NCBI GenBank assembly: GCA_050014195.1
Contig: JBEKDT010000011.1
Span: 32,001 to 96,000, forward strand
DNA length: 64,000 nt
Direction: 5' to 3'
Source of the DNA: Desulfomonilia bacterium
GTDB taxonomy: Bacteria > Desulfobacterota > Desulfomonilia > UBA1062
In this document: positions 18,375 to 28,727 of the stretch, piece after piece
Layout of the letters: each line of letters starts with the position of its first letter
Numbering within the stretch: position 1 is the stretch's first letter
Position numbers and translations under genes: made by a program
Notes under the pieces: generated by a model
What the model was told of the DNA's origin: nothing
The model's database searches: none
Seen by the model: only the letters and a program-made list of their open reading frames with translations

Positions 18375-19590
18375 AACACTTCTGGTTATTAGCGGTGGGT
18401 TCGAAGCCGTCCCGGGTATCCGGCATGCGCGGGACATGGGATGCCATGTGGTCGTCACGGACCAGAACCCTGCAGCGCCTGGGTTTCTTGAAGCCCATGA
18501 CCACCTGATCGCCAGCACGTACGATATCGAAGCCACCGTTCAGGCCGCCAAACAGTATGCGAAGAAAGTCCGTCCCATCGATGGGGTACTATCGATTGCC
18601 TCGGATGTCCCAATGACGGTAGCGAGTGTGGCCGCATCGCTGGGTCTGCCTGGCATCCCCATCGAAAGCGCCAGGATAGCATCAGACAAGTTGGTCATGA
18701 AACGATGCTTCCAGGAGAAAGGAATACCCATCCCATGGTTTTCCGAAATATCATCGCTGGATCATCTCAAAGATGTCGTCACCAGTCAAGCTCAACCACT
18801 GGTTCTTAAGCCGGTTGATAGTCGCGGTGCCCGAGGGGTGTTGCGACTGATCGGTGCCCTTGATCTCGCATGGGCCTATCAGCATACCCTGGCATGCTCG
18901 CCCTCGGGCCGTGTCATGGTCGAAGAGTACCTGGATGGGCCGCAGATCAGCACCGAATCTATCCTTATAGACAATCAGGGTTACACACCGGGATTCGTAG
19001 ACAGGAACTATGAGCTCCTTGAGCGCTTTGCCCCCCATATCATCGAAAACGGCGGGCACCAGCCATCGATCCTCTCCGATGAGGCACGGGCTGCAGTCTC
19101 GGAAATGGCTGTTGATGCCGGGCGGGCGATAGGCGTAACAACGGGGATCGTCAAGGGTGATATGGTATATACCTCCGATGGACCCAAAGTCATCGAGATC
19201 GCTCCTAGGCTCTCTGGCGGATGGCTATGTACGGACCAGATCCCGCTTGCCACGGGGATTGATTTTGTAGGAGCGGCCATCCGGCTGGCCCTGGGAGAGA
19301 ATGTGGATGCAGGGGATCTATCACCCTCTCACCAACGCGGTGTGGCAATTCGTTACTTTTTCCCTGCACCAGGACGCGTAGCGGAGATATTGAATACCCA
19401 GAAGTTTCTGGGCTCCGATTGGCTTCATAAGCTGATCTTCTTCGTCCAGCCCGGAGACTTTCTGGAACCGTACACGAATCATACGAGACGTGCCGGGTGT
19501 GTCATCACCACCGGAGAAACGCGTGAAGATGCCATAGCCCGCGCCCGGGAAGTAACCACAACCATCCGGTTCGTAACCACGAGGGAGTGA
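18364..19590 (+). CDS. ATP-grasp ligase
   Basis: DKLVMK, VLKPVDSRGARGV, VEEYLDGPQIS, VIEIAPRLSGG. Confidence 0.88.
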   Translation: MKDKTLLVISGGFEAVPGIRHARDMGCHVVVTDQNPAAPGFLEAHDHLIASTYDIEATVQAAKQYAKKVRPIDGVLSIASDVPMTVASVAASLGLPGIPIESARIASDKLVMKRCFQEKGIPIPWFSEISSLDHLKDVVTSQAQPLVLKPVDSRGARGVLRLIGALDLAWAYQHTLACSPSGRVMVEEYLDGPQISTESILIDNQGYTPGFVDRNYELLERFAPHIIENGGHQPSILSDEARAAVSEMAVDAGRAIGVTTGIVKGDMVYTSDGPKVIEIAPRLSGGWLCTDQIPLATGIDFVGAAIRLALGENVDAGDLSPSHQRGVAIRYFFPAPGRVAEILNTQKFLGSDWLHKLIFFVQPGDFLEPYTNHTRRAGCVITTGETREDAIARAREVTTTIRFVTTRE

Positions 19591-21549
19591 ATGTCCCGTC
19601 TAAAACTCTATGCAATTTTTCACCTCAACCTGGCCTACTCCTCCATTGAAGAAGACCTGCGGACTGAAGTGATTCGTAGCTGCTACTGGCCGTTGTTGAA
19701 CCTAATAAAAGAGTATCAGGTCCCATTTGCTATTGAGGCCTCTGGTTTTACCCTGGAAACCATTGCGAGTTTGGATCCTAATTGGATTTCAACCTTCAAA
19801 GAACTGAACAAGCCGGATCTCTTCGTGGGAAGCGGCTATGCCCAGTGTATCGGCCCACTGCTTCCGGCTGAAGTCAACTACTGGAACCAGGACCTAGGCA
19901 TGCAGGTGTATAAGGATCTTCTCGGATTTCATCCCGAGATCGCCCTAGTAGGCGAGATGGCCTATTCGGCCGGGATTGTCGACGAGTATGTGCAGTCCGG
20001 CTACAAGGCCATTGTTATGGAGTGGAACAACCCCAAGAAATTTCACCCCGCTTGGCCGACGGAGCTCAAGTATCATCCGCAGCTGGCTCTCAGCGCCTCG
20101 GGTGCCGGGATACCTCTCATCTGGGCCGACTCGATCGCCTTTCAGAAATTCCAACGCTATGTGCACGGCGAACTCGACCTGGAAGAATACCTCACTTACA
20201 TCGCCGGGCATGACAACGGCACCCACAGGTACTTTCCCCTGTATGCCAATGACGCCGAGATCTTCGATTTCCGTCCCGGCCGGTATAAAACCGAAGGGCA
20301 GCGCCAAGGACGCGAATGGGAGCGCATCCGAAACTTATTCAATACCCTGAAGCAGCTATATACCATCGTGCCGCCGGCCGCGGTGCTGGGCGGTCTCGCT
20401 GATGATCTCTCCGGACAAAAGTTGCACCTGGAAGCACCCGGCCAACCCATCCCGGTCAAGAAGCAGGAGAAATATAATATCAATCGTTGGGCTCTGACTG
20501 GCCGTGACGACCTCGGCTGCAACACGGTCTGCTACCAGATCTATCAGGGCATGCGCTCGGCAAACCCCACCAGGGACGATTGGAAGGAGCTCTGCTATCT
20601 CTGGTCCAGCGATTTCAGGACCCACATCACCACCGCAAGGTGGGCGGCATACCAAAAACGCCTGCAGGATGCTTGCCAAAGGTGGCGAAGCAAGGAAATT
20701 CTTGAACGGAAAGACAGTCTCCCGATCCATACACCATTCAAAACGGACGGGCTTTGCATTACTGAAGACGCCCGCTACCTTGCCATCGAAACCGACAAGC
20801 TGGCCTGCACCCTTGATAAGGCCAAGGGTTTGGTGTTCAAATCCTTGGTTTTCAAGGATGTCTGTGCCGCCCCTTTGATTGGAACGCTACCGCACGGGTA
20901 TTATGAAGACATCTCCTGGGCGGTGGATTTCTTTTCCGGACATACGATTATCGAGACACCCGGGGAACACAAGATCACGGATCTGGGCCGCTGCGAAGTT
21001 GAAATGGAGCTCTGCGAGAGCTCGCTCCTGTTGGCTACCGTTCTGGAATCCAATGAGATCCGTTTCATGAAAACCATCGAAATAGATCTTGTGGACGGTT
21101 ATATCGCTCTGGGTCTCGACATCCACATACCTTCCCGGATGCTCGCAACCATCCATGTTCTCAACATGACCTTGATCCCGACTTCATTCGACCAGAAATC
21201 GGTGTTCTTTGCCACGCATTTGGGTGGCAAGGCTATCGAAACCTTCCACATAGGTTCAAGGGAGATCCACCATGCGCGCGGCCTTTCGGCCCTGGTGTCC
21301 GCGCAGCATGGCCTTGGAACGACGGAAGGAGAGATTATTATCGGCGATGCGGACAAAAGCTTGATCTTCCGTCACGACCAGTCATATTCAGCTTTAATCG
21401 CGCATGTCCATTTCTCGCCGATGCAGGATGAACAGTATTTCCTGCGACTGGAATATTCCGCCCAGGAAATGGACGAGACCTTCCGTGAAGCGCCGGAACC
21501 CTACCGCATCCGGGCGCGGGTTAAGATAGAAGCGAGAAGTCGTGGATAA
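19591..21549 (+). CDS. GH57-like / polysaccharide-deacetylase-fold protein
   Basis: AIFHLNLAYSSI...CYWPLL...IEASGFTLE...GSGYAQCIGPL resembles the GH57 N-terminal barrel; DAEIFDFRPGR. Confidence 0.7.
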   Translation: MSRLKLYAIFHLNLAYSSIEEDLRTEVIRSCYWPLLNLIKEYQVPFAIEASGFTLETIASLDPNWISTFKELNKPDLFVGSGYAQCIGPLLPAEVNYWNQDLGMQVYKDLLGFHPEIALVGEMAYSAGIVDEYVQSGYKAIVMEWNNPKKFHPAWPTELKYHPQLALSASGAGIPLIWADSIAFQKFQRYVHGELDLEEYLTYIAGHDNGTHRYFPLYANDAEIFDFRPGRYKTEGQRQGREWERIRNLFNTLKQLYTIVPPAAVLGGLADDLSGQKLHLEAPGQPIPVKKQEKYNINRWALTGRDDLGCNTVCYQIYQGMRSANPTRDDWKELCYLWSSDFRTHITTARWAAYQKRLQDACQRWRSKEILERKDSLPIHTPFKTDGLCITEDARYLAIETDKLACTLDKAKGLVFKSLVFKDVCAAPLIGTLPHGYYEDISWAVDFFSGHTIIETPGEHKITDLGRCEVEMELCESSLLLATVLESNEIRFMKTIEIDLVDGYIALGLDIHIPSRMLATIHVLNMTLIPTSFDQKSVFFATHLGGKAIETFHIGSREIHHARGLSALVSAQHGLGTTEGEIIIGDADKSLIFRHDQSYSALIAHVHFSPMQDEQYFLRLEYSAQEMDETFREAPEPYRIRARVKIEARSRG

Positions 21550-21627
21550 ATCGCCGAATCAGTGCTTTCGCATATTCCCTGAATTTGCTGTACTGATAAG
21601 GTGAGTTTGCTAAAAAGGAGATTTTTG

Positions 21628-24600
21628 ATGCGCGTACTCTTTTCACTCGAACCGCTTTATGAACTCAATGAGCCTGGCGTGATGGATACCTGGCTGCAAT
21701 GGTTTGCGCATATGCACGCACAGCTGGGTGCCATTATCCCCGGATATCAGGGAAAACTGCTTGCTTTCGACGGTATCACCTATAGGAACAACAAGGATTT
21801 TTTGGGTGATCGCATCCTCCTCTCACAAGCGGAAATACGTGGAAACTGGAAGTTCAGAGGCAATATCCTCAGCAAGATCGAATACGGTGACATCGATACC
21901 GAGATCGAAAATTACATTTGTCAAACCGTACGGGAAAAACTGGAAGGTTTCACGCCGGAGGTGGTAATCCTACTAAATACATCACCATGGCTGCGCAAGG
22001 TCTGCGCTGAGGCTACCTTCCTGTATACCGAAGTTTCCTGGCTCCATCGCCCTCCCTATCCGAACCATTGGCAGATCAATCCATTAGGGCTGGGAAAAGG
22101 CAAGGTACTAGAAGCCTATCATGACGAAATCTTGGGTCAAATCGAGTACACAGATGCCCAGCAGTACTTCACTTCGACGTTCAAGAAAATAGCCCAATCG
22201 AAGATTGTTAACAATCGTGATGCCGGCGATCTAGTCACATCACTTCGAAAGCTGTTCTCAAAAGTCATATTATTACCCCTAGCGGGCCGTTTCCCTTTTG
22301 ACAGGGACACACCAATCTTTGCATGGATAGACCATTTCATGCAAAATGCCCCATCGGATACCTGCTATCTCATTACGGATCACCCTCTTACACTTTCACT
22401 TCAAGCAGGTGAAGCAACCTATCTCAAATCGAAATACGGCAATGTATTCTTTGATGGAAAAATGCAGAAACCTATCGGCACCCAGTTTTTGATACCTCAT
22501 GTGGATGCCGTATATGGTGATTTCAGCAGTGTGGCGAATCAGGCCTTGTTTTTTGATGTCGATGTACTCTCATTTGCACAGGACATCGCCTTGAACATAC
22601 CCAGAAATACGTCTTCAAATCCGCTCAGCAATTTAACTTCCATGGCATCACCGGACCTCAGAGACAAAATCCTCTATTGGCTGTTGACCCATAGTAGCGT
22701 GCCAGCCCACAAATTGTTCGACGGCAAGTGGCTGCTGGACTTCATTACGACCGCGCGCACATGTGGCGCGGCTCAACAACCTTGGTTACAGTTCACTAAG
22801 CCGCTCTATGCAATGGACGAGTGGCAGCGGGATGAATGGTGCCAGGATTTCACGTTGCTCAGCCCCAACAACAAGACTACACAGGTAACACCCAGAATCG
22901 CCCCGACAACAGGGACTGACATCCAGCCCCCCCTTCAATCTTCGATACCGCCTTTGGTACGAAACTCCTCAAACGCCCCCACCATGAAGGGCCACACTAG
23001 CGAACAGATCGTGCAAGCCATTGCATTTTATCTACCCCAGTATCACCCCATCCCGGAAAATGATGAGTGGTGGGGGAAAGGGTTCACCGAGTGGACGAAT
23101 GTTGCCAAGGCAAGACCGCTCTTCCCCGGACATTATCAACCCCATATACCCGCTGACCTTGGTTTCTATGACCTCCGACTTCCTGCAACACGTGAGGCTC
23201 AAGCCGAATTGGCAAAACAATATGGAATTTCAGGGTTCTGCTACTACCACTACTGGTTCAACGGCAAACGGCTCCTGCATCAAATCTTTGATGAAGTCAT
23301 TGCGACGGGCAAACCGGATTTCCCCTTCTGCCTGTGCTGGGCCAACGAGAACTGGACAAGGGCCTGGGATGGCCGCCATGGAGACATACTTATTGAACAG
23401 AACTACTGCGAAGAAGATGATAGAAATCACATACGGTGGCTTCTGAGGGTCTTTAAGGACAAACGCTATATACGAATAGACAACAAACCCCTCATGCTCA
23501 TCTATCTCTCGAAAAGTCTTCCCAATGCTGGCAGGACTGTGGACATATGGCGCGAAGAGGCAAAAAAGAACGGCGAGGGGCTTTACTTGTGCAAAGTTGA
23601 GAGCGCTCCCTGGGAGTATGGAGATCCTCGTTTGAATGGTTTCGATGCTTGTGTCGAATTTCAACCTGACTGGGGCAATTTGGGGCCTGTCAAGAGGCAA
23701 TTGCCGAACGGACATGTTCTATATGACTATCCTACGATCGTCGAAAGAATGCTTAATAAGCCTATTCCTCCGTACAAACGCTTCCCATGCGTTACGCCGA
23801 TGTGGGACAATTCTCCCCGTAAGAAACAGGCCGCGTTGGTCATCAATAATTCCACACCAGATCAATATGAAAGGTGGCTGAGATCCGTTATCGGTAAACT
23901 AGAGGCTCTCAACCTAGACGACAATATCGTTTTTATCAATGCTTGGAATGAATGGGGTGAGGGTAATCACCTTGAGCCCGACGCAAAGAATGGGAAAGCA
24001 TATCTTGAGGCAACTAAAAAAGCGTTATCGATAACACCGCATCAGTTAAAAACCGTTACCAAAGAACTTGTCTCCATCGTGATTCTCACCTTCAATCAGC
24101 TTGAATACACAATAAAGTGCGTTGAAAGCATTGAAAAGCATACACCAGAGCCGTATGAGATCATCTTTGTGGATAATGGATCTTCTGATGGCACTCGGGA
24201 CTACCTAAAGGGGTATGCCAAAAACCATGATAACGTCGTACTTATTCTGAATGACGAGAACAAGGGTTTTGCGGGAGGCAATAACCAAGGCATCGCTCAG
24301 GCCAAGGGCAACTATATAGTATTGCTGAATAACGATGTGGTGGTTACCGATCATTGGCTCGAACGCCTCATCGCCCATTTGGAAATACATCCGGATATCG
24401 GTATGGTCGGCCCCATGAGTAATGCAGTGTCGGGCCCCCAGCTGGTTCCGAATGTCTCCTACGGAGACAACATGAAGGCCATGCAGAGATTCGCCCGAGA
24501 TTTCACTGCCGGATACGCGGGCAAATCGGCAGAGATTATGAGGCTCGTGGGTTTCTGCCTCCTCATTAAAAAGGAGGTGATCGATGTCATCGGGGGCTTG

Positions 24601-25212
24601 GACGAGAACTACGTTAGCGGTAATTACGAGGACGATGACCTCTGCCTGAGGGCCTTAATTGCAGGCTATAAAAACATTATCGCCCATGATGTTTTCATCC
24701 ACCATTACTGCAGCATGACATTTAAGGGCAATGCCATCGATCACCAGGCCACCATGAAAGATAATCACCAGTACTTCGCCAATAAATGGAAGGACCTCGT
24801 CGAAGTCAGAGGAAACGGGTACAGGGTCAGATTTACAAAGGAACAGCAGTTGAAGAAACTCATCGAATGGGGGGAAGAGAGGTTCTCCCAGGGGGATGTC
24901 CGGTCTGCGTTGAAAATCTTCGAGAGAACACTCCACCTCGACAGAACAAACCCCCAGGCACTGAATAACATCGGCGTCATCCAGTGGCAGCTGGGCGACA
25001 CGATCTCGGCCATGAATACCTTCCAGATCTCCCTGAGCATCAATCCCAAAGACCCTGACGCCCTGGGAAACCTCGTGCAGGCAGCCACCAAGACGGAAAG
25101 ATTCGATCTGCTGAAGCAGAATCTGCTGGATATCCTGAAACAGGAACAACCGGATAACCCTGATGTCGTGAAGCTCATCAATGCACAACAGAGCTCAGTG
25201 AGCACGATATGA
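21628..25212 (+). CDS. Multidomain glycosyltransferase: putative GT99/KpsS-like N-domain + WbsX/GH99-like + GT2 + TPR
   Basis: AFYLPQYHPIPENDEWWGKGFTEW...NAWNEWGEG (WbsX); SIVILTFN, VDNGSSD, LNND, EDDD (GT2); C-terminal TPRs; N-domain assignment is tentative; ATG follows AGGAG. Confidence 0.82.
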   Translation: MRVLFSLEPLYELNEPGVMDTWLQWFAHMHAQLGAIIPGYQGKLLAFDGITYRNNKDFLGDRILLSQAEIRGNWKFRGNILSKIEYGDIDTEIENYICQTVREKLEGFTPEVVILLNTSPWLRKVCAEATFLYTEVSWLHRPPYPNHWQINPLGLGKGKVLEAYHDEILGQIEYTDAQQYFTSTFKKIAQSKIVNNRDAGDLVTSLRKLFSKVILLPLAGRFPFDRDTPIFAWIDHFMQNAPSDTCYLITDHPLTLSLQAGEATYLKSKYGNVFFDGKMQKPIGTQFLIPHVDAVYGDFSSVANQALFFDVDVLSFAQDIALNIPRNTSSNPLSNLTSMASPDLRDKILYWLLTHSSVPAHKLFDGKWLLDFITTARTCGAAQQPWLQFTKPLYAMDEWQRDEWCQDFTLLSPNNKTTQVTPRIAPTTGTDIQPPLQSSIPPLVRNSSNAPTMKGHTSEQIVQAIAFYLPQYHPIPENDEWWGKGFTEWTNVAKARPLFPGHYQPHIPADLGFYDLRLPATREAQAELAKQYGISGFCYYHYWFNGKRLLHQIFDEVIATGKPDFPFCLCWANENWTRAWDGRHGDILIEQNYCEEDDRNHIRWLLRVFKDKRYIRIDNKPLMLIYLSKSLPNAGRTVDIWREEAKKNGEGLYLCKVESAPWEYGDPRLNGFDACVEFQPDWGNLGPVKRQLPNGHVLYDYPTIVERMLNKPIPPYKRFPCVTPMWDNSPRKKQAALVINNSTPDQYERWLRSVIGKLEALNLDDNIVFINAWNEWGEGNHLEPDAKNGKAYLEATKKALSITPHQLKTVTKELVSIVILTFNQLEYTIKCVESIEKHTPEPYEIIFVDNGSSDGTRDYLKGYAKNHDNVVLILNDENKGFAGGNNQGIAQAKGNYIVLLNNDVVVTDHWLERLIAHLEIHPDIGMVGPMSNAVSGPQLVPNVSYGDNMKAMQRFARDFTAGYAGKSAEIMRLVGFCLLIKKEVIDVIGGLDENYVSGNYEDDDLCLRALIAGYKNIIAHDVFIHHYCSMTFKGNAIDHQATMKDNHQYFANKWKDLVEVRGNGYRVRFTKEQQLKKLIEWGEERFSQGDVRSALKIFERTLHLDRTNPQALNNIGVIQWQLGDTISAMNTFQISLSINPKDPDALGNLVQAATKTERFDLLKQNLLDILKQEQPDNPDVVKLINAQQSSVSTI

Positions 25213-25293
25213 CGGGCATGAAGGCCATCTCACAGACCACAACCTTTACCACAGTCGGACGTGGCAAGAGACCGGGCATGACGGTGTGACAGC

Positions 25294-26928
25294 ATGAAGA
25301 AACCGACCCTCGGTGCGATCATGATCGTGAAGAACGAGGAGAAGAATCTCGGTGGGATCCTCTCTGATATCAGTGGTGTCGTGGATGAGATCTGTATCGT
25401 GGATACCGGATCCTCAGACGGAACGATCCCGGTGGCCGAGTCCTTCGGGGCCAAGATCGGGCATTTTCCATGGATCGACGACTTCTCGGCCGCACGGAAT
25501 CATTCCATTGAACTCGCCAGCTCTGATTACCTGCTCTGGCTTGATGCGGATGACCGGGTGGACGAAGAGGACCGGAAGGCACTCGGTGCACTCAAAATCC
25601 GTTTGAGCCGCGAAAAGGACAAGGCCTACGAGCTGAAGATCCTCAGTAGCTCTAAGAACATGCCGAACATGGTCTGCTACCAGCCCAGGATCATCCCCAA
25701 CAGGAGGGGTGTGCGCTTTACCGGCCGAGTGCATGAACAGATCCTCCCTGCTTTGGAACAGAATGGTGTCATTATAGAGCCGGTCAATATCGTCATCCGG
25801 CACACCGGCTATCAAAACCCGGATGCCCGTCCTGCAAAGGCCCGGCGGAACTTGGGCATTCTCATGAAAGAGCTCCATGAGGGGAAGGACACAGCCACCC
25901 AGTGCTTCTTCATCGCCATGACCTCCATGGTCTTGGAGAAGTATGAACAGTGCCTCAGATACCTCACCATGGCCCGGCAAAAACGCACAGACGAGGACTG
26001 GTATCACATCAGCTTTACCATATCGACGGAATGCCTGCTCAGGCTGAAGCGTGTGGAAGACGCCCGGCAAGAGATCGCCCGGGGTATAGCCATCTTCAAG
26101 GAGAGCCCACTGCTGCACTATTATCACGGGTTCGTTTGCATGCAGGCCGGGCTGTTCACCGAAGCAGCCGGGGCACTCAAGAAGGCCGCCACCCTGCCGC
26201 CCGGGATAGATGCATACCCTACCCCGCCTGATCTGGACACGATTATCCTCCTCGAGTATGGCAAGGCCCTGGAAAAATTGGGGAGAATGAAGGAAGCCAT
26301 TGAAACTTACACGCGTGCCCTGAAGGCGGGAACCCGGCAGAAAGAGTTGCACTATGCTCTAGGCACGGCCTTGGCCTCAATTGGCGACATCGACACAGCC
26401 ATAACGTACCTTAAAGAAGCAAAGAACCTTGCTCCCACCACCGACACATCGCTTTTCCTTAGCCTGGCAAGGCTTCTACGATACAAAAAAATGTATACCG
26501 AGGCGCATCAAATCTATCTTGAGGCACTCGCTTATGAACCACATGACCTCAAGGCCTTGACGGGTCTGGTTCTCACAAGCGTGGCAACGAATGACATAGA
26601 GCATGTGACCTTGTCCCTTGAGACCCTGATGCACCAATCCGGCATGGACCCCAACCGTGAGGTACAGAACATTGAGGATCTTGCTAATCTTTGCGTTGAT
26701 GTGGGAAAAGCAGTCCTCAATCGTGGAAACCCCAGCGATGCAGCGACATTAGCCGAAGCAGCCTGGATGCTTGACAACAACTGCTGGATCGCGCAACTCC
26801 TTGTGGCGGACATAGCTTACCTTGAAAACAACATCCAACGCGCCATCTCCTCTCTCGAAATCGCGCTGTGTGCAGGGGCACCTTGCATGGAGGTAGAGCA
26901 GAGAATGACGCTCATTCAAAATTTATGA
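25294..26928 (+). CDS. GT2 + TPR glycosyltransferase (flagellin-modifying type)
   Basis: MIVKNEE, VDTGSSD, WIDDFSAARN, LDADD, VHEQ, HTGY, then TPRs. Confidence 0.9.
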   Translation: MKKPTLGAIMIVKNEEKNLGGILSDISGVVDEICIVDTGSSDGTIPVAESFGAKIGHFPWIDDFSAARNHSIELASSDYLLWLDADDRVDEEDRKALGALKIRLSREKDKAYELKILSSSKNMPNMVCYQPRIIPNRRGVRFTGRVHEQILPALEQNGVIIEPVNIVIRHTGYQNPDARPAKARRNLGILMKELHEGKDTATQCFFIAMTSMVLEKYEQCLRYLTMARQKRTDEDWYHISFTISTECLLRLKRVEDARQEIARGIAIFKESPLLHYYHGFVCMQAGLFTEAAGALKKAATLPPGIDAYPTPPDLDTIILLEYGKALEKLGRMKEAIETYTRALKAGTRQKELHYALGTALASIGDIDTAITYLKEAKNLAPTTDTSLFLSLARLLRYKKMYTEAHQIYLEALAYEPHDLKALTGLVLTSVATNDIEHVTLSLETLMHQSGMDPNREVQNIEDLANLCVDVGKAVLNRGNPSDAATLAEAAWMLDNNCWIAQLLVADIAYLENNIQRAISSLEIALCAGAPCMEVEQRMTLIQNL

Positions 26929-28628
26929 ATAACCTCAAGAAACTGGAAAAAAACCGCAAGAAGCTGCTCAGGACCGTTCAACAACCAACCCTTGGCGTAA
27001 TCATGATCGTGAAGAACGAGGAAGCCAGGCTGGGGAACATCCTGTCGGATATTAAAGAGGTGGTGGATGAAATTGTGGTAGTTGATACAGGTTCGTCTGA
27101 TGCCACGGTATCGATCGCCCAGGAGCATGGTGCCAAGGTAGGGTATTTCACGTGGTGTAATGATTTTTCAGCTGCGCGTAATGCTTCGATATCCCTGGCA
27201 ACAGCTGATTACTTATTATGGCTCGACGCCGATGACCGGCTCGACCTCAGTGAAGGCAAGAAACTCTCCACACTCAAGAAGTACCTGCGTTCTGCAAAGG
27301 ACCGTGCTTATATGCTCAAGGTCAACAGCGAGACAAAACAAACCGGTGATAGAGTATGCTTCCAGGTCCGTATCTTTCCCAACCTGCCGGGTCTGCGCTT
27401 TGAAAACAGAATCCATGAGCAGGTCGCTCCCTCAATCGAGCGTGCCGGCATTGTAATAGAGAGTGTCGATATCCTCATCCGTCATACAGGATACCATAAA
27501 ACAGACGACTGTCTGGCCAAATTGAGGCGTAATCTTTCCATCCTCCTTGAGGAGTTAGCAGCGGGCAACGTTACGTCATCACATCGCTTCTTCATTGCCG
27601 CGACCTACTTCGGATTGGGTGAATACGAACAGTGCATTGATCATATTAAGGCCGCCCGAGCGCTGGGTGATTCCCGAAGCTGGCTTAAAGATAGCTATTA
27701 TCTCACATCAGACAGCTACCTTAAACTCGATAGGATCGAAGATGCCCTGGCTGAGCTTGAGCAGGGGGTCGCTGCCTTTCCAGACAGGGGCCTCATGCAT
27801 TACTTGTTGGGCGTTGCATGCCTCAAGGCCGATAAGATCGAAGCCGCCGTTGCCGCCCTAGGAAGGGCGATGCATCTGGGTATCCAGGTGGAGACCTTTT
27901 CCACCCCGGCTTATGTCTACGAACAGCTCCCGTACTATTATGGTGTGGCTCTGCAAAAGGCCGGCCGGTTGCAAGAGGCCGCCGAGGCGTATAAGGCATC
28001 ACTTGCAGTAGAACCAGAGGGTTTGCATGTGATCATGGCGCTGGGCATGGTCCTACTCCAGGCAGGGAAGATTGATGAAGCCCTGTCCCATCTAACTATG
28101 GCCAAGGATATGTCCGCCACTGTCAATGTACCCCTGTGGTTGAGTCTTGCAAAGATCCACCGCAATAGGAAAAGTCCGGAAAAAGCTCATGCACTCTATC
28201 TCGACATCCTCACTGAAACACCTTCAAATCTCCAATGCCTTACCGGTCTCCTCGATACCAGCATCGAGCTGGATAATATCGAGACCTTCCTCAGTGCTCT
28301 CGAACAGCTCCTGCGCACCCTTGACATACCCATACCGGAAGCAGCCATTGACTCGCTTGCCGGATGTGCCGACCTGTGCATGAAAACAGCGTTCCGGCTC
28401 AAGGAGACCGGGGACTATGCCCTGGCCCAGAATCTCGCCGAAATCGCAGTCCGCTTGGATGCATCAAGTCTCGGTGCCCATCTTTTCCTGGCCGATCTGT
28501 TCGCTGAGAAGGGAGACACTCCCCGGATGATTGCGAGTCTCGAGACGGCGCTGAAAAACGGGGCTGATCATGATGAGGTGCTCCGGAGAATCGAACCGGC
28601 CCAACACAACAGCAAGGCGGCATCATGA
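26925..28628 (+). CDS. GT2 + TPR glycosyltransferase (paralog of the upstream gene)
   Basis: Same motifs (MIVKNEE, DTGSSD, DFSAARN, LDADD, IHEQ, HTGY); ATGA overlap with the previous stop. Confidence 0.9.
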   Translation: MNNLKKLEKNRKKLLRTVQQPTLGVIMIVKNEEARLGNILSDIKEVVDEIVVVDTGSSDATVSIAQEHGAKVGYFTWCNDFSAARNASISLATADYLLWLDADDRLDLSEGKKLSTLKKYLRSAKDRAYMLKVNSETKQTGDRVCFQVRIFPNLPGLRFENRIHEQVAPSIERAGIVIESVDILIRHTGYHKTDDCLAKLRRNLSILLEELAAGNVTSSHRFFIAATYFGLGEYEQCIDHIKAARALGDSRSWLKDSYYLTSDSYLKLDRIEDALAELEQGVAAFPDRGLMHYLLGVACLKADKIEAAVAALGRAMHLGIQVETFSTPAYVYEQLPYYYGVALQKAGRLQEAAEAYKASLAVEPEGLHVIMALGMVLLQAGKIDEALSHLTMAKDMSATVNVPLWLSLAKIHRNRKSPEKAHALYLDILTETPSNLQCLTGLLDTSIELDNIETFLSALEQLLRTLDIPIPEAAIDSLAGCADLCMKTAFRLKETGDYALAQNLAEIAVRLDASSLGAHLFLADLFAEKGDTPRMIASLETALKNGADHDEVLRRIEPAQHNSKAAS

Positions 28629-28727
28629 TCAATGTCTCTTCCAGGCCGAAATCCGTTAGCAAGAAAGATTTAATAAAAGCTCAGCAACATCCTTCCCGAT
28701 ATCTTCATCACCAATCATCGTAAGCAG

